57,481 nucleotides of DNA. Source: a virus. The stretch lies in the IMG/VR virus record IMGVR_UViG_3300045988_031383, positions 1 to 57,481 of that record; one strand, given 5' to 3'. Below, in pieces: positions 51,209 to 57,481 of the stretch. Every line of letters begins with the position of its first letter. Positions within the stretch are counted from its first letter, which is position 1. The position numbers and the translations under genes were made by a program. The notes beneath the pieces were generated by a model. That model was not told where the DNA came from. It did no database searches and saw only the letters and a list, made by a program, of their open reading frames with translations.

Positions 51209-51270
51209 CGACACCCCATAGGGGGAGGGTCGTGGGATCTCCCCACCCCTCTGCATCGCCGCACCTCTCC
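51209..51270. other. G/C-rich island in an AT-rich genome: candidate cos/packaging site
   Basis: gacaccccatagggggagggtcgtgggatctccccacccctctgcatcgccgcacctctcc. It contains the bulged hairpin GAGGG-tc-GTGGG atctc CCCACCCCTC, lies in a 165-bp non-coding gap upstream of the holin/TerS/HNH/TerL block, and an HNH gene is nearby. Confidence 0.4.
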
Positions 51271-51321
51271 AAAATTTCCCCGGAGTGGTTTTTGACCCTA
51301 ATTCAGGGGTCAAAGTATAGG
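51271..51321 (+). promoter_or_regulatory. G/C box copy B plus inverted repeat TTTGACCC-N8-GGGGTCAAA and TTGACC-N18-TATAGG: candidate late promoter/operator
   Basis: aaaatttccccggagtggtttttgaccctaattc matches 23131-23165. The inverted repeat spans 51291-51314. It lies 28 nt upstream of the first late ORF. Confidence 0.5.
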
Positions 51322-51348
51322 GTAACTAAATCAAAGGAGACTAGAACT

Positions 51349-51780
51349 ATGCACACAGAAGTACATGACCACTTCGTTGGTCTACTAAAGTGGCTACTAT
51401 CTCCTGAAGTTCTTTCTCAGATCGGACTTTATGTCGGTATAGGAGCTTCAATTGTTGGTTTTTCAACTCGTGTGTTCAAGAAACTCTGGAACAAACTCGA
51501 AGAAAAGCAAAACCAAGAGATCGAAGGTATCAAAAATTCCATTGAGGCATTAGCTATTAGCATGGAAGAGATGAGAAAGACCCAAGAGCGAGACTTCTTG
51601 AGGTTACAAATCATCACCGGCATCCATTCCGGACGATTGTCGAACAACGAAGTTCTGACATTGTATGACCAGTACGTCCAAAACGGCGGAAACTCGTATG
51701 TTAGTCGGGTAGTGAATGATTATGTGGAAGAAGAAAAATCAAGGGAAGAGGTAAAACGTAATGTTAGAAAACGTACTTAA
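51349..51780 (+). CDS. Membrane-anchored coiled-coil protein (lysis-associated?)
   Basis: AAAGGAGACTAGAACT upstream of ATG 51349. TM segment IGLYVGIGASIVGFS. The track's longer version (51232) runs through the non-coding GC island. Confidence 0.7.
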   Translation: MHTEVHDHFVGLLKWLLSPEVLSQIGLYVGIGASIVGFSTRVFKKLWNKLEEKQNQEIEGIKNSIEALAISMEEMRKTQERDFLRLQIITGIHSGRLSNNEVLTLYDQYVQNGGNSYVSRVVNDYVEEEKSREEVKRNVRKRT

Positions 51781-52105
51781 TTTAATTACGTTAGTTGTCA
51801 TGGTAGCACCATTGGTTGTTGAAGGGGTTAAATACCTCGGAGCTATCACGCACAACAAAAAAGTTATTACGCTGGCCGAACGAGCAATGATCATCGTATC
51901 ATCACTCGACCGCTTGGACATTGCTAACGACAGTAAGAAACAAGCAGCTCTAGACAAGCTACTTCATTTCGCTAATGAAACACGTACTCAATTAACTACC
52001 GCTCAAGCGGAAGACTATATCGAGAACGCGGTTTTAACGTTACGCAGACTTCAGGAAAGTGCTAGCAATTCGGAGGTATCTACAAATGCCCCGGAGAAGA
52101 AATGA
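51761..52105 (+). CDS. Putative holin, LL-H-like (one N-terminal TM helix and a charged C-terminus)
   Basis: MLENVLNLITLVVMVAPLVVEGV.. followed by ..KKQAALDKLLHFANE..LTTAQAEDYIENAV.., the layout of Lactobacillus phage LL-H-type holins. Confidence 0.5.
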   Translation: MLENVLNLITLVVMVAPLVVEGVKYLGAITHNKKVITLAERAMIIVSSLDRLDIANDSKKQAALDKLLHFANETRTQLTTAQAEDYIENAVLTLRRLQESASNSEVSTNAPEKK

Positions 52106-52409
52106 AACGGACGATATTCGTCAAGCATTAACACCAGAAGGACGGATGCTAAAACTTACAAAGAAAGCATTCGACTTGGCCGAGCGCCAGTTAGACGATG
52201 GTACCATAGCTCCAAGTACTTTGAACGCTCTATTGCGTTATGGTACAGTAGAAAACGAACTCCAACTAGAAGGTCTTAGAGCCAAGAACAAACTTAATGA
52301 CTCTAAAGTCGCTTTGATTGACAGCGAAGTCAAAGGTAAAGGTGACAGTCAAGAAGTTATTAACGCTATTCGTGGTTATATGCCGTCGGAGGAGTTCAAT
52401 GTCGAATAG
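52086..52409 (+). CDS. Putative small terminase subunit
   Basis: GGAGG lies 9 nt upstream of ATG 52086. 107 aa with a basic N-terminus and helical content. It lies upstream of HNH and TerL. Positional call only. Confidence 0.4.
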   Translation: MPRRRNETDDIRQALTPEGRMLKLTKKAFDLAERQLDDGTIAPSTLNALLRYGTVENELQLEGLRAKNKLNDSKVALIDSEVKGKGDSQEVINAIRGYMPSEEFNVE

Positions 52410-52812
52410 GGAGCTTCTATTAGATTTATCTTACGATGAATTAATTAAGTACTCGTCATATGGCGATCGACTAAACTATCTTTCTCTATACAAGAAAGGA
52501 TACATCTCCCCAAGAACAATCTCAAACAAGTTCTATCGTTCAAGACTATGGCTAGATCTTCGTGATCAAGTTATAGCTCGAGATCTAGGATACGATTTGG
52601 GAATTCCTGGAATGGATATTGAAGGCCCAGTTCTTGTACATCACATTTTTCCATTGGAAGAAGATGATATACTAAATTGGGACGAGGACGTTTTGTTAAA
52701 TCCGAATCGCCTCATAACAACTTCTATTAAGACACACAACATTATCCATTATGGAGATAGATCGCAAACGGTATATGTCGAAAGAAAGCCTGGTGATACA
52801 AAATTATGGTGA
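52399..52812 (+). CDS. HNH endonuclease (terminase-associated)
   Basis: ..VLVHHIFPLEEDD..NPNRLITTSIKTHNIIHYG.. (H-N-H). ATG 52399 has GGAGGAG upstream. Confidence 0.8.
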   Translation: MSNRELLLDLSYDELIKYSSYGDRLNYLSLYKKGYISPRTISNKFYRSRLWLDLRDQVIARDLGYDLGIPGMDIEGPVLVHHIFPLEEDDILNWDEDVLLNPNRLITTSIKTHNIIHYGDRSQTVYVERKPGDTKLW

Positions 52813-52819
52813 GGTACTA

Positions 52820-53164
52820 ATGTCAAAAATTTTAGACGATGTTAAGAGTACTTTAGATTTTGCTTCGGAAGAAGATTCCGGATTCGACGCTCGACTTTTG
52901 CTAGAGATCGACGGAATTGTTGGTACATTGTCACAACTTACTAAAGTTCACCCAGACTGTGACATCACAAAAGATACAGAATGGGAACAATTACTAAAAG
53001 AATCCGACAAGCATCTATTAAGACTCGTCAAACAGTACATATTCCTTTCCATACGAGTGGTATTCGACCCGCCTGCTGGTAGTGTGTTAACAACACTAAC
53101 AACAAGCATCAATAATACCGCCCATAGAATTATTATTCAGAAGGGAGAGTACAATGAACAATAA
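52820..53164 (+). CDS. Hypothetical protein (possible gp6-like head-tail connector / DNA-packaging protein)
   Basis: GGTGAGGTACTA upstream of ATG 52820. The N-terminus ..LDDVKSTLDFASEEDSGFDARLLLEID.. resembles QLRG/gp6-type connectors. Confidence 0.45.
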   Translation: MSKILDDVKSTLDFASEEDSGFDARLLLEIDGIVGTLSQLTKVHPDCDITKDTEWEQLLKESDKHLLRLVKQYIFLSIRVVFDPPAGSVLTTLTTSINNTAHRIIIQKGEYNEQ

Positions 53165-53552
53165 TATTGTTTCAGTAGACAATTCTTCTGATGTAATTGA
53201 GCACTTTGGTGTTCGAGGTATGAAGTGGGGCGTTCGACGTCAAAGACGTAGAGAAGCCAAACGTTTGAAAAAAGCCTCGGCAGCGAGAAACAAAGAATGG
53301 CGTAAAAAATATCTTGATCGATCAAACATGACTGACGAAGATATTAGAAAAGCCACAAATCGTCTTAGATTAGAAAACGATTTCGCGGAACAAGTTAAAC
53401 GTTCTGCCGTTGTTTCTATGAAGCCACCTGGAAGAGCTAAACAACTTGGTAACACAGCGATTAATAAAGTTATCGATGTTTCAATCCAAACAGCAGCTCA
53501 AAAAGGAACTAATTACGCTTTTGACAAAATGACTTCAAACAACAGAAGATAG
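53154..53552 (+). CDS. Small basic protein with the HFGVRGMKWGVRR motif (paralogue 3 of 3), immediately upstream of TerL
   Basis: AAGGGAGAGTACA upstream. The N-terminus ..VDNSSDVIEHFGVRGMKWGVRRQRRRE matches the ORFs at 21511 and 22661. Confidence 0.7.
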   Translation: MNNNIVSVDNSSDVIEHFGVRGMKWGVRRQRRREAKRLKKASAARNKEWRKKYLDRSNMTDEDIRKATNRLRLENDFAEQVKRSAVVSMKPPGRAKQLGNTAINKVIDVSIQTAAQKGTNYAFDKMTSNNRR

Positions 53553-53565
53553 AAGGGGTTTCTTT

Positions 53566-55296
53566 TTGGTACTATCTAACAAAGCATATCCGGAAGAGTA
53601 CATGAAGTTTAAGGAGCAAGTTCTTAGAGGTGAGATTCCGGTAAATCGGATGGTGTCACTGGAAATGAACCGTATTGATTTCTTAATTGAGTCACCGGAT
53701 TATTACTATGATAATAAGGCCATCGAGGGCTTCGTTAGGTTTTGCGAGAATGAAATGACCCTCACAGATGGTAGTGACGTAACTCTTCTACCATCATTTA
53801 AATTATGGGCTGAATGCGCCCTCGCATGGTTCTATCTCTCTGAGGAACGGGTTTACAATCCAAAACTCGGTAAATGGGAGATAAAATCAAAATTCAAGCG
53901 ACTTACGAACAAACAATTCTTGATTGTGGGACGTGGGGCCGCTAAATCTCTGTATTCGACATTTATGCAAGCATACATGTTGCTTATAGACACAACCACA
54001 ACACACCAAGTAGTTTGTGCACCAACAATGAAACAAGCAGAAGAGATCATGGGACCATTCCGTACTGCATTAAGTAGAGCCAAAGGCCCTCTTGTGCAAT
54101 ACATGGTTCAAGGATCCAAGATGACGGGTAATCTTACTCAGAAACAATTGTTGGCATCGACTAAAAAGGGTGTTGAAAATTTCGCTACAAATAGTCTATT
54201 AGAAATTCGCCCAATGTCTATTGATAAGCTTCAAGGTCTTCGTTGTAAATATGCCTCGGTAGATGAATGGTTATCAGGTGATGTTCGCGAAAATGTTATT
54301 GGAGCAATAGAACAGGGTGCTTCTAAGAATGATAATTACATGATTATAGCAACTTCGTCTGAAGGTACTGCCCGGGATGGTGTTGGGGATACAATTAAGA
54401 TGGAACTTACAGATATTCTGGAAGGACGATTCTTTAATCCTCATGTATCTATTTGGTATTACCGTTTGGACGACGTACGTGAAGTAGCTTTTCCCGAGAT
54501 GTGGATGAAAGCAAATCCAAATCTTGGAGCTACAGTTTCTTATGAGACATATCGACGTGAGGTCGAACAAGCCGAACACCAACCCTCTGATAGAGCGGAT
54601 ATTCTAGCAAAACGTTTCGGTATTCCTGTTGAAGGTTATACATACTTCTTCGTTTACGAAGAAACGATTCCTCATAGACCACAAAACTTTGATGGACTTG
54701 AATGCGCACTCGGTGGTGACCTTTCTCAAGGTGATGACTTCTGTGCGTTTACATTCTTATTCCCGATTGGTCGTGGTCGATTTGGTGTTAAAACACGTTC
54801 ATATGTTTGTGAAAGCAAACTTAAGAAACTAACGTCCGCTATGCGTAATAAGTATGATGAATTCATAAATGAGGGCACGCTTGTTGTCATGTCAGATACA
54901 ATTCTAAACATGATGAAAGTGTACGATGATCTGTCAAACTTTATTTATGAGCATAAGTATACTGTATACGCATTTGGTTTTGACCCATACAATGCCAGAG
55001 AGTTCGTTGAAAGATGGGGTCGTGAAAATGGTGAGTATGGTGTTGAAAAGATTATTCAAGGTTCTAGAACAGAGTCTGTTCCAATGGGTGAGCTTAAGAA
55101 CTTGGCTATGGAACGACAATTGATCTTTGATGAAGAGCTTATGAAATTTGCTATGGGTAATGCCGTTGCTATCCAAGATAATAACGGTAACTACAAATTA
55201 TCTAAGCGTAGAGCTGATGAAAAGATCGATAATGTTGCGGCATTAATTGACGCATGGGTTGCTTATAAACGTAATCTAGACTTATTTGTATCATAG
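53566..55296 (+). CDS. Terminase large subunit (Terminase_1 family)
   Basis: ..YMKFKEQVLRGEIPVNRMV.., Walker A-like VGRGAAKS, Walker B-like ASVDEW, and nuclease-domain FGFDPYN and DNVAALIDAW. TTG start; ATG 53602 is an alternative. Confidence 0.9.
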   Translation: MVLSNKAYPEEYMKFKEQVLRGEIPVNRMVSLEMNRIDFLIESPDYYYDNKAIEGFVRFCENEMTLTDGSDVTLLPSFKLWAECALAWFYLSEERVYNPKLGKWEIKSKFKRLTNKQFLIVGRGAAKSLYSTFMQAYMLLIDTTTTHQVVCAPTMKQAEEIMGPFRTALSRAKGPLVQYMVQGSKMTGNLTQKQLLASTKKGVENFATNSLLEIRPMSIDKLQGLRCKYASVDEWLSGDVRENVIGAIEQGASKNDNYMIIATSSEGTARDGVGDTIKMELTDILEGRFFNPHVSIWYYRLDDVREVAFPEMWMKANPNLGATVSYETYRREVEQAEHQPSDRADILAKRFGIPVEGYTYFFVYEETIPHRPQNFDGLECALGGDLSQGDDFCAFTFLFPIGRGRFGVKTRSYVCESKLKKLTSAMRNKYDEFINEGTLVVMSDTILNMMKVYDDLSNFIYEHKYTVYAFGFDPYNAREFVERWGRENGEYGVEKIIQGSRTESVPMGELKNLAMERQLIFDEELMKFAMGNAVAIQDNNGNYKLSKRRADEKIDNVAALIDAWVAYKRNLDLFVS

Positions 55297-55306
55297 AAAG
55301 GCCAAT

Positions 55307-56641
55307 ATGAGTATTTTTACAGATGGACTTACGCATGCTTGGTCTATGTTTTCCAAAACGAAAACTACTTCCAATTTCGTTGAGACAGATGATGTATTTC
55401 AACTGTCCGATGAGCCACGGGCTTTAAGCCCAAACACTTCCATAGCCGGACGATCATATAGTCGTTCATCAATTGCGTCCATGATCTTTAATAGGATCGC
55501 TATGGACGCAGCTATGGTTAAATTTCAACACGTTAAATTGGAGAACGACGGAGAGAACCAAACTGTACAAAAGAAATCGTCATTGCAGCGTCTGTTCGAC
55601 GTAGAAATGAATATTGACCAATCGTCAACTGATTTCTTCCACGATTTGGTTTACTCATTGTTTGATGATGGAGTTGTTGCCGCCGTCCCTTTAGAAGCAA
55701 CAATTGATCCAATGACATCTGATGCATACGATATTACATCTATGCGTGTCGGAAAGATTTTGGAGTGGTATCCAACCAAAATTCGTGTTAAAATTTATAA
55801 TGAAACAAAAGGTGATTTCTCAGAGATTATTGTGCCAAAGAAAATGTGTGCAATTATCGAGAACCCTTTGGCAAACATTATTGGGCCTGAAAATCCAACA
55901 ATGTCTCGTCTCTTGCAAAAGTTATCTTTATTAGATGCTCAGGATAGAGAAGCCATTGCCAACAAATGGAACATGATTCTGCAATTACCAGTACCTGTTC
56001 GAAACGACATTAAGCGTAAAGAAGCTAATGATCGTATTAAGGACATCGAGGTTCAACTTAAAGAATCTCCTATGGGTATTGCCTACGTCGCTGCTGATGA
56101 AAAGATTACCCAACTCAATCGCCCGGTTAATTCTAATCTGATGGATGAAATTAAGTATCTGACTGATGAGCTTTTATCGCAGATAGGATTAACCAAAGCG
56201 GTATTTGATGGGACTGCTAACGCAGAGCAAATGCAGAATTATTACACCCGTACAATTGATCCTATTGTTACCCGTATCAAAGAAGAATTTCAACGTAAAT
56301 TCATCACTAAGACCGGTTACACGCAAGGGCATCGCATTGTCACTTATAATGATCCATTTAAACTTGTACCAACAAGTCAACTTGCAACGATTGGCGACTC
56401 ATTATTACGGAACAGAATTCTCACTTCGAACGAATTCCGTGCAGTTATCGGTTATGGACCTATTACAGATCCTATGGCCGATCAATTGTATAATCCTAAC
56501 ATCGCCGATAACAATCAAGATGTTTCTGTACCTGGGTCGGTCGCGTCCCCTGGAGATGAAGGTTACGAAGAGAATCCAGAAGAACTGGATGAAGACGGCT
56601 ATCTCGAGTACCTAAGACAACTTCAAAATGGCGGCAAATAA
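55307..56641 (+). CDS. Portal protein
   Basis: 444 aa, lying directly between TerL and the prohead protease. GAAAGG upstream of ATG 55307; the track's TTG 55286 overlaps TerL. Acidic C-terminus. Confidence 0.75.
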   Translation: MSIFTDGLTHAWSMFSKTKTTSNFVETDDVFQLSDEPRALSPNTSIAGRSYSRSSIASMIFNRIAMDAAMVKFQHVKLENDGENQTVQKKSSLQRLFDVEMNIDQSSTDFFHDLVYSLFDDGVVAAVPLEATIDPMTSDAYDITSMRVGKILEWYPTKIRVKIYNETKGDFSEIIVPKKMCAIIENPLANIIGPENPTMSRLLQKLSLLDAQDREAIANKWNMILQLPVPVRNDIKRKEANDRIKDIEVQLKESPMGIAYVAADEKITQLNRPVNSNLMDEIKYLTDELLSQIGLTKAVFDGTANAEQMQNYYTRTIDPIVTRIKEEFQRKFITKTGYTQGHRIVTYNDPFKLVPTSQLATIGDSLLRNRILTSNEFRAVIGYGPITDPMADQLYNPNIADNNQDVSVPGSVASPGDEGYEENPEELDEDGYLEYLRQLQNGGK

Positions 56642-56663
56642 TTGACGGAGGTAAATCGTATTC

Positions 56664-57481
56664 ATGGGAAAACATCCTAAGTATGATTTCGCGGGTTATG
56701 TAACCCGTAATGACATGCGTTGTACAGACGGTGTCACCATTCGTCATGGAGCATTTGCTGAGAACGATGGTAAAAAGGTTCCTCTGGTTTGGTCACACGA
56801 CCCGAGCACACCTGAAAATATCATCGGACATGTGCTATTGCATCATGCGGATGAGGGTGTTTATGGCGAAGGGTATTTCAACAATACTCAAAAAGCTATC
56901 AACGCCAAAGAACTCGTACAACATGGTGATATCATGTGTATGTCAATCGGAGCGAATCGTATTAAACGTACTCCGCAAAATGACGTTATTCATGGTAACA
57001 TCTATGAAGTATCGCTTGTGCTCGCAGGAGCTAATCCTGGAGCCGTAATTACAGAAGTGCTACAGCACTCTGATAATCCAGACGAAGGGGAAAGTATCGT
57101 AATGGAAAGTAACGAACTTATTCATTCAGCTAGCAATGTGTTGCTTGGCGATGAAACACGAGTTAGTGTATTCGATCGTATTCAACACGCTGAAGAAGGT
57201 ACTGAATCTGCGGTTCTTGATGAAGTATTGGGAACTCTTAACGAAGATCAACAAGAAGCAGTATCTATCTTGACTGAAGCGGCCGCTAATGCAGCTCTTG
57301 AAGCGCATGAAGCAGCTATTGATAAAGAATTTGAAAACGCTGTTGACGCTCGAGTAAATGAAATTCTTGATGAACTCGCAGCAGAAGCCGACGACGAAGA
57401 TAAAGAATCTGAAGAAATCGAACAATCCGACAAGGGAGGAACTTTGATGCACTATAACGCATTCGAACAAACATCTGCTAA
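56664..57481 (+). CDS. HK97-family (S78) prohead protease plus an acidic scaffold-like linker. This is the N-terminal part of the fusion with the major capsid protein. It has no stop in the window and continues in frame at nt 1.
   Basis: ..KKVPLVWSHDPSTPENIIGHVLL..GVYGEGYF..HGDIMCMSIGA.. gives the His and Ser of the S78 fold. This is followed by ~110 aa of Glu/Asp/Ala-rich helix. My hand translation to 57481 found no stop codon. Confidence 0.85.
   Translation, partial: MGKHPKYDFAGYVTRNDMRCTDGVTIRHGAFAENDGKKVPLVWSHDPSTPENIIGHVLLHHADEGVYGEGYFNNTQKAINAKELVQHGDIMCMSIGANRIKRTPQNDVIHGNIYEVSLVLAGANPGAVITEVLQHSDNPDEGESIVMESNELIHSASNVLLGDETRVSVFDRIQHAEEGTESAVLDEVLGTLNEDQQEAVSILTEAAANAALEAHEAAIDKEFENAVDARVNEILDELAAEADDEDKESEEIEQSDKGGTLMHYNAFEQTSA
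57427..57481. repeat. Second copy of the 55-nt terminal overlap (= 1-55)
   Basis: Exact identity with the window start. Confidence 0.95.

Noticed and set aside
51232-51348. N-terminal extension of ORF 51349-51780 (track start 51232), and similar long versions at 27513, 33428, 34012, 37526, 45483, 52059, 52318 and 52751
   Set aside because: The extensions run through non-coding motifs or overlap upstream genes out of frame. In each case an internal ATG with a proper GGAGG-type RBS exists.
57126-57470. Minus-strand ORFs of 114 and 61 aa at the window end
   Set aside because: They are antisense to the acidic scaffold-like linker of the protease-capsid fusion and have no RBS. The entire genome is otherwise + strand.
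1-57481. Physical direct terminal repeat, CRISPR array, integrase/repressor lysogeny module, transposase or IS elements
   Set aside because: The 55-nt end repeat sits inside a coding frame, so it is an assembly overlap. The only short dispersed repeats are promoter or regulatory boxes with unequal spacing and no spacer-like structure. No ORF shows tyrosine or serine recombinase, CI/Cro-like or transposase motifs.

Overview
The window is a complete, circularly closed genome of about 57.4 kb from a siphovirus-like tailed dsDNA phage. The host is inferred to be an AT-rich Gram-positive bacterium, probably a lactic-acid-bacterium-like Bacillota. That inference rests on an LPXTG sortase substrate, an Amidase_5-type endolysin, an LL-H-type holin, strong GGAGG ribosome-binding sites and a collagen-like tail fibre. 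Nt 1-55 are repeated exactly at 57427-57481. This is an assembly overlap that lies inside an open reading frame, so the coordinate origin cuts a prohead protease-scaffold-major capsid fusion gene (56664..57481 continuing in frame into 1..1130). Every credible gene is on the + strand, and the minus-strand ORFs in the track are shadows. Gene layout: (1) 56664->23086 is the late morphogenesis block: protease/capsid fusion, connectors, major tail protein, chaperones, a 2600-aa tape measure, Dit, a 1694-aa Tal, a collagen-like fibre and the endolysin. (2) 23131-41406 is an early/accessory block of about 45 small ORFs, many of them membrane proteins. It is organised as promoter-gene-terminator cassettes and includes a tRNA-like RNA locus, a 430-bp structured non-coding region and an LPXTG surface adhesin. 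(3) 41407-50791 is the replication block: a candidate origin, one polypeptide fusing an SF3 helicase, a PrimPol and a family-B DNA polymerase, an SSB-like protein, an SF2 helicase, a VRR-NUC nuclease, a PD-(D/E)XK nuclease, and an 881-aa protein. (4) 50809-56641 holds a GC-rich candidate cos site, a membrane protein, the LL-H-type holin, a TerS candidate, HNH, TerL and portal. No integrase, repressor or CRISPR array was seen, so the phage is probably virulent. The main candidate for a novel system is a phage-specific transcription apparatus. It consists of the 881-aa protein, which carries both double-psi beta-barrel signatures of cellular RNA polymerases plus several HTH domains. It also includes seven copies of an unusual promoter (CGCAG-N13-TATAAT) and a second G/C-rich box that marks the starts of transcription blocks. 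All calls come from reading the sequence and translations by eye. No database search was run.
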